Below are positions 26,776 to 37,037 of a stretch of 64,000 nucleotides of DNA, one piece after another. The stretch is from IMG/VR virus record IMGVR_UViG_3300047491_001293, positions 1 to 64,000 of that record. The stretch is one strand, 5' to 3'. Position numbers and translations under genes: made by a program. The notes under the pieces were generated by a model. That model saw only the letters and a program-made list of their open reading frames with translations. It did not search any database and was not told the DNA's origin. Position 1 is the first letter of the stretch, and the number at the start of each line of letters is the position of its first letter. Source of the stretch: a virus.

Positions 26776-27600
26776 ATGAACATCACGGTCTATGTCGTAA
26801 CATACAAAAACGACATAATCTTGAATGAATGGCTACTTGCATCACTAGCAGAATCAAGATACCCAAAGGGCAAGGTGCGCCTACACATACAGAACAACTT
26901 TTCTGGCATGGTTGCAATTGACGAGCCATATAGATCACTCATAGATCACATCCACCACAACACCGTCAGGCTCGATCGCTCTCTAGGGCATCTGGCCAGG
27001 GACTGGAACCATGGAATCATGCATGGGTTTGTCGATCTGAAAAATCCAAGGTCAGACATGGTTATGCTTTTACAGAATGACACCAAGCTGACAAGTGACT
27101 GGTATGAAAAGGTGTGCGGTGTCATGCGTGGCAACTATTTCGCATCATACGGGGCTGGTGACCAGTGCGTTCTAATCAGGCCAGAATGCATAAAGAAAGT
27201 TGGCATGTTTGACGAGAGATTCTGTGACATATACCTTCAAGAGGGTGATTACTTCTTGCGGTGCATATGGCGCATACCAATGCACGCATCTATAAATGAT
27301 GATCACCATGTCAGGACGCATAGGCCAATGCCAGATTCATGCCCAGTAGTCAAAACGGAAACTGGCTTGCAGAGGCGTGAGGAGTACCACACATACTCAC
27401 CAGAGAAAAAAATATCAGCTGAATTTTGGAACAAGAAATGGCCTTTTTATGACAGGCCATGGGGGTCAAGCTGGGAATTGGCAAAGTCTGTGTCTCAGAG
27501 CGGTTCGCCACTCGTCCCCATGCACATCATGTACCCATACTTTGAGAGGGACATTGACAAAAATGTTTATGAAAATTGGTCTTCTTTCAAACTACAATAA
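26776..27600 (+). CDS. GT-A glycosyltransferase paralog 2
   Basis: GHLARDWNHGI, LQND, GMFDERF, EGDY motifs (GT2-like). Confidence 0.75.
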   Translation: MNITVYVVTYKNDIILNEWLLASLAESRYPKGKVRLHIQNNFSGMVAIDEPYRSLIDHIHHNTVRLDRSLGHLARDWNHGIMHGFVDLKNPRSDMVMLLQNDTKLTSDWYEKVCGVMRGNYFASYGAGDQCVLIRPECIKKVGMFDERFCDIYLQEGDYFLRCIWRIPMHASINDDHHVRTHRPMPDSCPVVKTETGLQRREEYHTYSPEKKISAEFWNKKWPFYDRPWGSSWELAKSVSQSGSPLVPMHIMYPYFERDIDKNVYENWSSFKLQ

Positions 27601-27611
27601 GTAATTAAATC

Positions 27612-28433
27612 ATGAAAATTACAATTTATGTTATAACTTATAAAAATGACAAAATTTTAAATGAATGGCTCCTTGCATCTTTGGCAAATTCAAACTATCC
27701 AAAAGATAAAATTTGTTTACATATACAGAATAATTTTTCTGATAAAGTTGTTATTGATAAAGAATTTGAAACTTATGTAAATTACATTCACCATAATACA
27801 ATAAGATTAAGTAGATCATTTGGTCATTTATCAAGAGATTGGAATCATGGAATCATGAATGGTTTTGTTGATTTAAACAAACCAAGATCTGACATGGTGA
27901 TGCTTTTGCAAAATGATACAAAATTAACAAGTGATTGGTATGAAAAAACATGTGATGTTATGCAAGATAATTATTTTGTATCTTTTGGAGCTGGCGATCA
28001 GTGCATGATTATTCGTCCAGAGTGTGTTAAAAAAGTTGGAATGTTTGAAGAAAGATTTTGTAGTCTCTCATGGCAAGAATATGATTATTTTTTGCGTTGT
28101 ATTTTAAGAATACCAATGAAAACATCGATAAATGATGAATATCATCAAAGATTGCATAGACCATTAAATTATCTTTGCCCAATTAAAAAAACAGAAACTG
28201 GTATGGAGAGAAAAGAAAATTATTTTTTGGCTGGGACACATTACGAATCTGAAAATTTTTTAAAGAAAAAATGGCCTTGTCGAGATATGTGGGGCGAATC
28301 ATCATGGCTTCTTGCAAAAAAAATTTCTCAAAGCGGGGCGCCACTCGTCCCCATGTACATCATGTATCCATACTTTGAGAAAGACATTGATCAAAGCGTC
28401 TACAAGCAATGGTCACTATTCAGGTTGGCCTAA
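27612..28433 (+). CDS. GT-A glycosyltransferase paralog 3 (AT-rich)
   Basis: Collinear homolog of paralog 2. Confidence 0.75.
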   Translation: MKITIYVITYKNDKILNEWLLASLANSNYPKDKICLHIQNNFSDKVVIDKEFETYVNYIHHNTIRLSRSFGHLSRDWNHGIMNGFVDLNKPRSDMVMLLQNDTKLTSDWYEKTCDVMQDNYFVSFGAGDQCMIIRPECVKKVGMFEERFCSLSWQEYDYFLRCILRIPMKTSINDEYHQRLHRPLNYLCPIKKTETGMERKENYFLAGTHYESENFLKKKWPCRDMWGESSWLLAKKISQSGAPLVPMYIMYPYFEKDIDQSVYKQWSLFRLA

Positions 28434-28846
28434 AGATCCTGCCAATCACCATAGTATAGGACATCACCCTTGAACTCATAGAACCGACCAATCCTAAGGT
28501 TTTTCTCCCTGCTTCCATAGTAAACTATGATGTACGGCTCATCTGTCAGTAAAAGGTCACGCCCATCGGCGACAATGATGTACTCCAGCAGCGATCCATC
28601 CTCAAGTCCCTGGTATTTGGACTCAAAGCTCTCATCGAGCAGTTCCTTGGTGCTGATGTTCATGGGGGCCTGCCACATTAGCCCATCGTGCATCCTGACA
28701 AAACACATGGGCACAAGGGTTTTGTTCTTGGCTAGGTAATTGCAAGCTTGATTCTGTATATTGACCAAGTCCTCCAGAAGTGTCTCTGGGTATGGAAGGT
28801 CGCCCTTGCCATTGCCATCCTTCCTTCCCTCAATTCTCCGTCCCAT
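28430..28846 (-). CDS. hypothetical protein
   Basis: 138-aa ORF, AAGGAAG SD. Confidence 0.65.
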   Translation of the reverse strand: MGRRIEGRKDGNGKGDLPYPETLLEDLVNIQNQACNYLAKNKTLVPMCFVRMHDGLMWQAPMNISTKELLDESFESKYQGLEDGSLLEYIIVADGRDLLLTDEPYIIVYYGSREKNLRIGRFYEFKGDVLYYGDWQDL

Positions 28847-28847
28847 C

Positions 28848-29162
28848 TTAATCTTCCTTGCGAGATATTTTGGGGAAGCTTTTTCCGAGGGCTTGCCACG
28901 CCAAGCTCTTCAAATAATGGACATTCTCCGACTTCTGCTGGAACTCATCTGGGTCAGATTTGGGAAGATTCTTCTGCGCAAATGAGATTGGATCTGCAAT
29001 TTGCTCCAAGGCTGTGCGCAGCCTGGCTATCTCTGCGTACATGGCCTTGATGTCCTGCTCAAGATATTTGACCCTTTGGGACACATCACCATAAATGGTC
29101 ACTTGCCCCCTCAGTTCCATGTAATAATCATCAAAAAACTCACTGACTGATTTTTCAAGCAT
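28848..29162 (-). CDS. hypothetical coiled-coil protein
   Basis: MLEKSV..., GGAGG SD; start re-called. Confidence 0.65.
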   Translation of the reverse strand: MLEKSVSEFFDDYYMELRGQVTIYGDVSQRVKYLEQDIKAMYAEIARLRTALEQIADPISFAQKNLPKSDPDEFQQKSENVHYLKSLAWQALGKSFPKISRKED

Positions 29163-29244
29163 GATCAACCTCCAAATCAAGATTGTAACAAATTTGTGGA
29201 AATAGGCAAACAATTGGTTGCTATATACATTACTGAGGTGAAAC

Positions 29245-29763
29245 ATGGGTGGGATTAGATTCAAGGGTTTTCTGCTACATCAAGAAGTCAAGGCCATTCT
29301 TGAGAATGTCTGGGCAAGCATTCATGACCAGCCGGCTCCAAGCCCGAAGATCCCATTGCAGACACAGATCAAAAATCTACAAGACTTCATTAAGAAGAGG
29401 GAAGAAAACCAGAATCTTCTGAGGCTGCAAATAAAGAGACTGGAGAGATATTCAAGTGAATTTCCTTCGGATAAGCAGTCATCTGATTTGCAGATTGCAG
29501 ACGCCAACAGAACCATAGGTGAATTATACAGCCAAATAACCAAGGCCAAAAAGGAACTTGAGAAGATAAGTTCTGGAGCCGCAACCCCACAACAAAGCGG
29601 TGACTGGACGGCATATGACGACAAAAAGGCAAAAGGCATATTTGGTGACATATCAAGAAATCTTAAGACTGGCGCCTTTGGAAGGACTGAAACTGGCGAG
29701 TACATAACCAAAGCCGACCCTCGTTGGGCAAATTACAACATTGTAAGAGGCAACAAAAGATAG
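29245..29763 (+). CDS. coiled-coil protein with capsid-targeting-like N-terminus (RFKGFLLHQE)
   Basis: TATATA box and GAGGTG SD upstream. Confidence 0.7.
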   Translation: MGGIRFKGFLLHQEVKAILENVWASIHDQPAPSPKIPLQTQIKNLQDFIKKREENQNLLRLQIKRLERYSSEFPSDKQSSDLQIADANRTIGELYSQITKAKKELEKISSGAATPQQSGDWTAYDDKKAKGIFGDISRNLKTGAFGRTETGEYITKADPRWANYNIVRGNKR

Positions 29764-29765
29764 GA

Positions 29766-30437
29766 TCAGATAAGCTTAACCAATGACAGCCACTGTATTG
29801 GCAAATCAATGCCTCCCGGTCTGTTGCTGTAGTCCAAATTTTTCATTGGGTATTTTCTCATGTCAAATCTGACATCATTAAATTGTTTTTTGTTGGCAAG
29901 AGTTATCTCCACAGCAACAGGCACCATGCAATCAACATGACCATAATTGTTTCCATGGACATGAACAACATGGTGCGTTTCAAGCATCTTTTCCATAACT
30001 GAAATTGGAATTCTTTTTGGATTCATGTGAAAGTGCAATTCAAAAGCAAAGCATGAAACATGTTTTGAAAAATGCTCTTGGTCTAGGGTGTCGAAGAAAG
30101 TCCATTCGGATCCTTCGGTGTCTATTTTAAGTATGACATTATTTGATTTTGAAACCTCTTCAAGGCTTGAGAAATCACTATAACATTTCAATGTTTTCTG
30201 CCTTGCCCATGGGATATTGCGTTTGGCATGCATGTCGAAACCTATTACATTTATACCCCTTTTGATGATATCATTCTCAAATGTCACATTGTTGCCGAGA
30301 CCGTATGACACACAAATGTCGGAGTTTTTTAGGCATTTTTCCGGGAAGACATAACCACCATCACAATTGTTTCCAAGACGAACCTTGTTTGTTTTGATTG
30401 GCCTTATGTGTTGCATCATCCATAAAAATCTTTCCAT
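29766..30437 (-). CDS. FkbM/Methyltransf_22-like methyltransferase
   Basis: RLG..CDGGYV, SYGLG..VTFE, LKIDTEGSEW, HVHGNN; start re-called. Confidence 0.8.
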   Translation of the reverse strand: MERFLWMMQHIRPIKTNKVRLGNNCDGGYVFPEKCLKNSDICVSYGLGNNVTFENDIIKRGINVIGFDMHAKRNIPWARQKTLKCYSDFSSLEEVSKSNNVILKIDTEGSEWTFFDTLDQEHFSKHVSCFAFELHFHMNPKRIPISVMEKMLETHHVVHVHGNNYGHVDCMVPVAVEITLANKKQFNDVRFDMRKYPMKNLDYSNRPGGIDLPIQWLSLVKLI

Positions 30438-30515
30438 GGCATCCTCATCCTTAAAAATCAGCCTAACACTATTTAAGGCAGTTTGACACTCTTTTGCATA
30501 GATAAAATGTGAACC

Positions 30516-31382
30516 ATGAAGATAACACTGTTTGTTGTGACATATAAAAATGACAAAGTTTTGAATGAGATGGTGCTCAAGTCTCTGCATGATTCCAAAT
30601 ACCCACATGATCTAGTAAATGTCAAAATACTGAACAATTTTGGAGACAGAATTGAGATAGATGACAAATTCAAGCCACTCATCAATGAGATTCACCACAA
30701 CACCATAAGATTAGACAATTCAACTGGTCACTTGGCGAGAGATTGGAACCATGGCATCATGAATGCATTTGTAAGCCTTAAAAAGCCAAGGTGTGATGCC
30801 GTCATCCTTCTGCAAAATGACACCATCATGAAAGAAGACTGGTACCTCATAGCAAAAAAATGCGTGAATGAATTTTCATATTGCTCCTTTGGATGTGGTG
30901 ACCAGTGCCAGATAGTTAGACCTGACGCAATAGCCAGAATAGGCATGTTTGATGAGAGATTCTGCAACATTGGCTTTCAAGAGTGCGATTATTTCATTCG
31001 TGCAGTATTAAGGGAGAAAGAAAGGTGCTCAATCAATGACCCAAGCCATGGTAGAATTTTCAACCAAAGAAGTGATTTAAACCCAATAGTACCAACAATT
31101 TCAGGTTTTTTAAGAAGAGATTCACACCATATGGAATCCTTTAATTTTCATCATGTTTCCAAAAGTTTTTTGATAGAGAAATGGGGAGCGCCTATAGTTC
31201 CACCATGGGGCAACACAAAGGATCTGGCAAGATTGCTGTTGGAGTCAAAGGCGCCTTTCAGAAAAATGTGGAAAATGTACCCATACTTTGAGAATGACAT
31301 AGATCAAAATGCCTATTTAACCGATAATTATTTCCATGGAAAAAGTATTGAAAACGAAAAGAAAAGAATAAAACTTATATGA
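30516..31382 (+). CDS. GT-A glycosyltransferase paralog 4
   Basis: Same motifs as 26776..27600. Confidence 0.75.
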   Translation: MKITLFVVTYKNDKVLNEMVLKSLHDSKYPHDLVNVKILNNFGDRIEIDDKFKPLINEIHHNTIRLDNSTGHLARDWNHGIMNAFVSLKKPRCDAVILLQNDTIMKEDWYLIAKKCVNEFSYCSFGCGDQCQIVRPDAIARIGMFDERFCNIGFQECDYFIRAVLREKERCSINDPSHGRIFNQRSDLNPIVPTISGFLRRDSHHMESFNFHHVSKSFLIEKWGAPIVPPWGNTKDLARLLLESKAPFRKMWKMYPYFENDIDQNAYLTDNYFHGKSIENEKKRIKLI

Positions 31383-31399
31383 CCACATTAATTTAATTC

Positions 31400-31954
31400 A
31401 TGGAAACACTACTTGGATACGACAGAAGAGACAAACTTAGACTTTACACTCAACTTGCCAATTTTTTACCTGGGAACATTGCAGAGGTTGGCGTTTACAA
31501 GGGTGGAAGTGCCGAGATAATCGCTGAAAAAAAACTACCAAAGAAAAAGCTTTTTCTGTTCGACACCTTCTGTGGCATGCCAGAGACCAGCCCAGAGGAC
31601 AACTATCACAAAAAGGGCAACTTTTCCGATACAAGCTACGAGGCAGTACTCGGTGGCATGAGTAAGTTTGAAAATGTCCATGTCTTCAAGGGTGTCTTCC
31701 CTGAGGAAAACAGCGATGTCGTCGCCTCGGAGTCCTTCTGCATGGTTCATATCGATGTTGACATCTACAAGTCATACATGGAATGCCTCAACTTTTTCTG
31801 GCCTAGGCTCGTCAAGAATGGGATCATGGTCCTCGATGATTATCACGAAAAGAACTGCCTTGGCGCAAAAAAGGCGGTCAATGAGTTCTTTGCCGACAAA
31901 ATAGAGAAGCCAATCTGGCCATGCCATTCGCAGGTTTGCCTGATAAAATCCTAA
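31400..31954 (+). CDS. TylF/MycF-like O-methyltransferase
   Basis: AEVGVYKGGS, FDTF.GMP, HIDVDIY.S, G..VLDDY. Confidence 0.9.
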   Translation: METLLGYDRRDKLRLYTQLANFLPGNIAEVGVYKGGSAEIIAEKKLPKKKLFLFDTFCGMPETSPEDNYHKKGNFSDTSYEAVLGGMSKFENVHVFKGVFPEENSDVVASESFCMVHIDVDIYKSYMECLNFFWPRLVKNGIMVLDDYHEKNCLGAKKAVNEFFADKIEKPIWPCHSQVCLIKS

Positions 31955-31982
31955 TTGATTTAATTTGTGAACTACCCACCCA

Positions 31983-32990
31983 ATGAAAAGACCAACATCA
32001 ATAGATCTGTTCGCTGGCTGTGGCGGTTTGACTCTTGGGTTCGAGATGGCAGGATTTGAGTGCATTGCCTGCAATGAGATTGACAAAAACACCTGTGATA
32101 CCCTTCGTGCGAATCGGCCATCATGCAATCTCATAGATGGCGACATATGCATGGTCAACTTCAAGGAATTTAAAGGTGAGGCTGACATTGTGACTGGGGG
32201 TTTTCCATGCCAATCATTCAGCTCCGCCGGCAAAAGGCTGGGACTCGATGACATCCGTGGCACCATGTTCTACCAGTTTGCCAGGGCCATCGATGAGATA
32301 AGGCCGAGAATGGCAATTGGCGAGAATGTCCGTGGCCTTCTGAGCCATGACAATGGAAAAACCCTTGAGACCATGCTTTCTGTTCTGGACTCGATTGGGT
32401 ATCGGGTTGAACAACCATACCTACTCAAGGCCGTTGATTATGATGTCCCACAGAAGAGGGAGCGCCTATTCATCATCGCCATCAGGAAAGATTTGGACAT
32501 ACAATTCAAGCCTCCACAAAAATCTACAAAAAAATGGACACTGTATGATGCCCTAAGATCAGGGGGGCTTTTCGCAACTGATGTGCCACCATCGGCTGGA
32601 TCCAAATACCCAGAATCAAGAAGAAGTGTCTTGGACATGGTGCCACCTGGTGGCTGCTGGCGTAATCTTCCTCTGGACATACAAAAATCCTACATGAAAG
32701 GTTGTTTCTACAACGATGGTGGCAAGACCGGCATAGCCAGGAGGCTGAGCTGGGATGAGCCAAGCCTAACACTGCTTTGCAGCCCGATTCAGAAACAGAC
32801 AGAGAGATGCCATCCAGATGAAACAAGGCCGTTGACAATAAGGGAATACGCAAGGATACAGACATTCCCGGACAGCTACACATTCTGCGGCCCTAACTCA
32901 AGCCAGTACAAGCAGATTGGCAATGCGGTTCCTGTGAACCTAGCCATGGCCGTTGGCAAGGCGGTTAGATCGTCACTTGGCGTGTTTTAG
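31983..32990 (+). CDS. C5 DNA cytosine methyltransferase, Eco47II/Sau96I/SinI-like (GGNCC/GGWCC group)
   Basis: LFAGCGG, GFPCQ, ENVRG, GGKTGIARRLSWDEPSLTL..P.QKQTERCHP. Confidence 0.9.
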   Translation: MKRPTSIDLFAGCGGLTLGFEMAGFECIACNEIDKNTCDTLRANRPSCNLIDGDICMVNFKEFKGEADIVTGGFPCQSFSSAGKRLGLDDIRGTMFYQFARAIDEIRPRMAIGENVRGLLSHDNGKTLETMLSVLDSIGYRVEQPYLLKAVDYDVPQKRERLFIIAIRKDLDIQFKPPQKSTKKWTLYDALRSGGLFATDVPPSAGSKYPESRRSVLDMVPPGGCWRNLPLDIQKSYMKGCFYNDGGKTGIARRLSWDEPSLTLLCSPIQKQTERCHPDETRPLTIREYARIQTFPDSYTFCGPNSSQYKQIGNAVPVNLAMAVGKAVRSSLGVF

Positions 32991-33017
32991 TTGCCATTGA
33001 AAAGCATAAATAGACAC

Positions 33018-33659
33018 ATGGTCATAAACGACAGCCAAAAACTAATTTTTTTTATGACGCCACGATGCTCGTCCACCACCCTCCATGAACTGATAACAAG
33101 TAATTTCACGGGTTGTAGGACGATAACATCGACCACCAGCGCCGGGGTTGTGCACCACCACACCAGAATGGCTGGCATGTGGGAAAGCAAGTACTACAAA
33201 TACACAGCAGTCGTGCCAACGAGGCCACTGCTGGAATGGGCGGTGTCTTGTTACAACAACTTCGTTGGCAACTTCCCGCACCACAACTTCTCGTCTTCTT
33301 TTGATGACTTTGTTGTCAACATGCGTGGCATCGACACTAGATATGGCGATGAAATGACTGGATTCAACTGGTTCCAGCATTCTCCACAGAACATGATTGC
33401 CCTTGGGCGTGGAAGGCTGCCGAATTTCACGAGAATAGTGACATTAAGGCATGATCACCTTCTGGAGGACATGTGGCAGATCATAGAGAGTGGGTTCCAC
33501 AAGAACATGTTCATTCCCAATGTTCGAAGAAATTCATGCCATCCAGTCGCAAAGGTGAACATATCCGATGATGTCAAAAGAACCATCGTCAAGCTTTGCT
33601 GCCCATTTGGCGAAGACTGGGATGAAAAGCAAAGGGCAAAAATAGCAAAATTACCATGA
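33018..33659 (+). CDS. sulfotransferase-like protein
   Basis: MVIND..KLIF..TPRCSSTT (PAPS-loop-like), RP...AVS.YN; TAAATA-N5-ATG. Confidence 0.55.
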   Translation: MVINDSQKLIFFMTPRCSSTTLHELITSNFTGCRTITSTTSAGVVHHHTRMAGMWESKYYKYTAVVPTRPLLEWAVSCYNNFVGNFPHHNFSSSFDDFVVNMRGIDTRYGDEMTGFNWFQHSPQNMIALGRGRLPNFTRIVTLRHDHLLEDMWQIIESGFHKNMFIPNVRRNSCHPVAKVNISDDVKRTIVKLCCPFGEDWDEKQRAKIAKLP

Positions 33660-33671
33660 GAGGTTCAACCC

Positions 33672-34121
33672 ATGAAAATCATATCTCACAGAGGCAACTT
33701 GATCGGACCAGATCCAAGCACTGAAAACACATTGAGGCAATTTGAGATAGCCATATCAAAAGGGTTTGAGATTGAGATCGATGTCTGGAAAATCGTTGAA
33801 GGAACCGTGTGGATTGGCCATGACCAGGGAGACAGCGTGATGCCAAAATCTTTCCTTGAGGACAACTCAAGCAGAATATGGGTTCATGCCAAAAGCCTAC
33901 AGGCTGTAGAGTCTCTGCGTTTCATGCATGGCATAAACTGGTTCTGGCACGAAAACGACAGAATGACCATCACAAGCAAGGGTTACATATGGTGCTATCC
34001 AGGAACATACATTGATGGCGGCATTAGCGTTGTAAACCAGAAGGATTTCCAGACCGATCATGACATACTTGGCATATGCACTGATTTCCCAGAAAACTTC
34101 AAGAGGTTTCAATCTTTGTGA
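33672..34121 (+). CDS. glycerophosphodiester phosphodiesterase-like protein
   Basis: IISHRGN..EN..EIDVW..GHD..WVHAK..FWHEND..TSKG..GICTD. Confidence 0.85.
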   Translation: MKIISHRGNLIGPDPSTENTLRQFEIAISKGFEIEIDVWKIVEGTVWIGHDQGDSVMPKSFLEDNSSRIWVHAKSLQAVESLRFMHGINWFWHENDRMTITSKGYIWCYPGTYIDGGISVVNQKDFQTDHDILGICTDFPENFKRFQSL

Positions 34122-34414
34122 TTTGATATTTTTTCAACGAACTTGGATATCACAGTATCAAAAAAACCATCACTTACATCCATGTGCATGGCGTGTTTGA
34201 ACTCATCGCTGAGCATCTTCGACAAAACATGCCAGTCATCTTCATATACGCAAATTGGCGGCTTTCTGCTGGACAAGGCATTTTGCAATCTATCACTCAA
34301 CATCCTAAACCCCTCCAAAAGACCATGACAAAGCGACTTAATGTCGCCCTCAAAAACCTCACCTGGGGTAATTTTTTCAAAAAATAATTTGCCCATGCTC
34401 ATGAACGCCAGCAT
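34109..34414 (-). CDS. hypothetical protein
   Basis: ORF with TTGACA-N17-TATGCT promoter-like site at its 5' end; true start may be slightly downstream. Confidence 0.55.
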   Translation of the reverse strand: MLAFMSMGKLFFEKITPGEVFEGDIKSLCHGLLEGFRMLSDRLQNALSSRKPPICVYEDDWHVLSKMLSDEFKHAMHMDVSDGFFDTVISKFVEKISNHKD

Positions 34415-34631
34415 ACGAAAAACGAGTTGCTTGTGTCAACACCTAAGCCTTTTTTTGCAAACGATTTATAACTTTTCTAAATGAAAATATGGGCAAAAAA
34501 ACAAGGTCTTGGATATGTGGGCATTATGGGAAAATAAACTGCGAACAAGGTAAAACAGCTTGTTTTTTTGAAATGGTTAAGACATAGTAAGTTTGAGTTT
34601 TGTTTTTTTTAGCTCACAACAAGGGGAAAAG

Positions 34632-35036
34632 ATGAAGACTAACCTTTCGGTGGAAATGCGTGAGAAGTGCTTTAAGGCGCTTTCTGAACTGCGCTTCAAG
34701 ATGGCTGTGGTGATGGCCTACCCAAACCACAAAAACAATGAGATAAAGCTGATCAGGACAACTGGCAAGTCAATTGACATGCTTGACATAACGGACGATG
34801 AGACATTCTGGGAGGTTGACAAGTACAAGGACTTCTTGCTTGAATGTCTTCCATGCCCATATTACCAGAAGAACAAGGTCATATTCACCGATGAGCACCT
34901 CAGCAAGAATGCCATCTTCTTCCTTGATCACGCCAAGATAGTTTGGAATGTGGTCGACAGGTCAATTACCATGTACGACATGGGAACCAGAGAGACAAAG
35001 GTCATTTATGCCGATCCAGTCAAACTGGAGGCGTAG
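34632..35036 (+). CDS. hypothetical protein
   Basis: MKTNLS..., AGGGG SD. Confidence 0.65.
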   Translation: MKTNLSVEMREKCFKALSELRFKMAVVMAYPNHKNNEIKLIRTTGKSIDMLDITDDETFWEVDKYKDFLLECLPCPYYQKNKVIFTDEHLSKNAIFFLDHAKIVWNVVDRSITMYDMGTRETKVIYADPVKLEA

Positions 35037-35607
35037 GGCTTTTGCATGTTGAAATGGCAATCACCGACTTTGGGTCAAAAACAAAGTGCAGACCCTGCTG
35101 TACGATGGTTCTCGCCCACTTGTCAGAGCTAATGCAATTGGGATGCAAGGGGTAGCGTGCAAAGACATCACGCCTGATGAAACAGAAGTCCATGCAAAAA
35201 TCAAAAGCAGTGGTCTGTTCGCCCCTTAAGTTTTTTACAACCTCGATGCGTTCTGATTCAGAGCTTGAATCGCAGTTCAAGCATGCTCCAGTGACTGCAA
35301 AACATGCGTCATCCTCAAAATGCTTAAGTACAGCGCTCCAGTCGATTCTAACCACATCAAAATCAAAGGATGAGAAGAAGCACAATATGTCAGAGGAACC
35401 GTTTTTTACCGCCATGCCATATTCATGCAATGTCGGCCTTTGACCATGGGGAACGCATGAAGATTTACCCTTTACATTTTCAATCAAATTACACAACAAG
35501 CAAAAAACAAAATCTGTCTCTGTGTCGTTTTTAAAAATGTGAACATCAACGGTGGGCGATTCACCAAGTGTTCTCATCAAGTAAATCCTCCCCATCGTAA
35601 AGCTCAA
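35020..35607 (-). CDS. degenerate GT2-like hypothetical protein
   Basis: DILCF...DFD...FCFIRRDVF; start uncertain. Confidence 0.4.
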   Translation of the reverse strand: MSFTMGRIYLMRTLGESPTVDVHIFKNDTETDFVFCLLCNLIENVKGKSSCVPHGQRPTLHEYGMAVKNGSSDILCFFSSFDFDVVRIDWSAVLKHFEDDACFAVTGACLNCDSSSESERIEVVKNLRGEQTTAFDFCMDFCFIRRDVFARYPLHPNCISSDKWARTIVQQGLHFVFDPKSVIAISTCKSPTPPV

Positions 35608-36220
35608 ACTTGGCTGCTATTGGTATCGAGTCATATGGGACAAACACAAGCACCTTGTAGTAAACGGATGTGTCAGTTCCCTCGTCAATTTTAAACCATG
35701 ACTCGACACCACTATCTGCCCTGTGTATTTTCACAGACCTATTGCGGAACTTCAAAGCTCTTGCGACAAGGTTAGAAACAAATTCTTGTGAGAAGTTGAA
35801 GCTGGACACCTCTTGAGCGGCCATGGATTTGACCACCTTTGTCGGTGCCACTATAACTTTTCGCTTGTCAGAGGAAAGGCAGCAATAATACTGCGATTGC
35901 GTCCTGCAATCCCTGCCATCTATGGTCTCAAACCCGCCAGGTATCGGGTAAAATCTCATGGCCTCAAATATGATGTCTGACCTATTGTCACGGCACTTGA
36001 ACTGCGCCGTCCTATTGTGCTTTGCGCAGCGGAAGTCTATCATCTCCCGCATATCCTCCTCCAGTGAGACCTCCTCAAACTGGTAGCCGAACCTTTTATT
36101 CATGTATCTGGCAAGTGTCGATGCAATTCCATTGCCAAACTTTATTCTGGATGATATTGAGTCGCTTTTCATTTTTGAATCGTAATTCCTTTTTGGAAAA
36201 TTTTCAATAGTTGTTACCAA
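35561..36220 (-). CDS. putative PD-(D/E)XK nuclease-like protein
   Basis: ED..EMIDF.......QFKCR pattern; start uncertain. Confidence 0.45.
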   Translation of the reverse strand: MVTTIENFPKRNYDSKMKSDSISSRIKFGNGIASTLARYMNKRFGYQFEEVSLEEDMREMIDFRCAKHNRTAQFKCRDNRSDIIFEAMRFYPIPGGFETIDGRDCRTQSQYYCCLSSDKRKVIVAPTKVVKSMAAQEVSSFNFSQEFVSNLVARALKFRNRSVKIHRADSGVESWFKIDEGTDTSVYYKVLVFVPYDSIPIAAKFELYDGEDLLDENTW

Positions 36221-36821
36221 GAACCTCTGCTATGTGCTCCCACTTATTTCTGGAGCATATGTGCTCATAGATCTCACCATCGGATTGTTCATAGGTCAAT
36301 GACCAGAAGCCAATGCTTGCCCAGACATCACGGTGAGCGACCATCTGCATTGCGTCTATATTGTATTGCTTTGGTGGAACACCAGCAAAGTAGGCTGGCG
36401 TTTCCATTTTGACGCCACCGGGTTTGTAATGGTTTATGGAAAAAACTACGACATCAGAATTTGTGGCTTCAATCTTTTCATTTATCGTTTCTAGGGCATT
36501 GGGGAAGAGGTAATTGTCTATATTGAAATGGATGTAGTATTCGCAATCGGTGTTGGCATAGGCAAACCGCATGGCAGCATCTCTGGAGCTGTGCCCCCAA
36601 TTTGCCATGCGGACACTTGTGTTCAGAAAGTAAGTATTCATTTTCAAGTCAACACCTGCAAGCTCATCAGAGTATGGTGTTGATTTATAGCCATCATGGC
36701 ATATGAATACATCAAAGCATCTGTAGGTCTGGGCTGATAAAGATTTCAAGCCGTTAACCATGCCATCCCTTGGCACATGGCCTTCGTAGTCAACAGCAAT
36801 TATGCCAAACTTGACGCCCAT
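36204..36821 (-). CDS. GT2-like glycosyltransferase
   Basis: QTY..FDVFICHDG, NWGHSSRD, FNIDN, IDAMQ, SDG. Confidence 0.75.
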   Translation of the reverse strand: MGVKFGIIAVDYEGHVPRDGMVNGLKSLSAQTYRCFDVFICHDGYKSTPYSDELAGVDLKMNTYFLNTSVRMANWGHSSRDAAMRFAYANTDCEYYIHFNIDNYLFPNALETINEKIEATNSDVVVFSINHYKPGGVKMETPAYFAGVPPKQYNIDAMQMVAHRDVWASIGFWSLTYEQSDGEIYEHICSRNKWEHIAEVLGNNY

Positions 36822-37037
36822 AAAATTTATTTCTGAGATAATGAGATAACTTAGTTACTCTCATCTGTTTTTTTGGGTTGTGTTCATTCGGTTCATTTCG
36901 GCCATGATGGATTCCATTTTCTTATTTAGCCCAATGATTTCTTTGAAACTTTTGATGGAAATACTGATTTTTCACTGTTGGTGAGGTGCAAATTTACAAA
37001 AAAATCATTTTCAATATCATGTGATTGGAGGATTGAA

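Noticed and set aside
11314-28433. Diversity-generating retroelement behind the near-identical tracts
   Set aside because: No reverse transcriptase seen; differences are not adenine-specific
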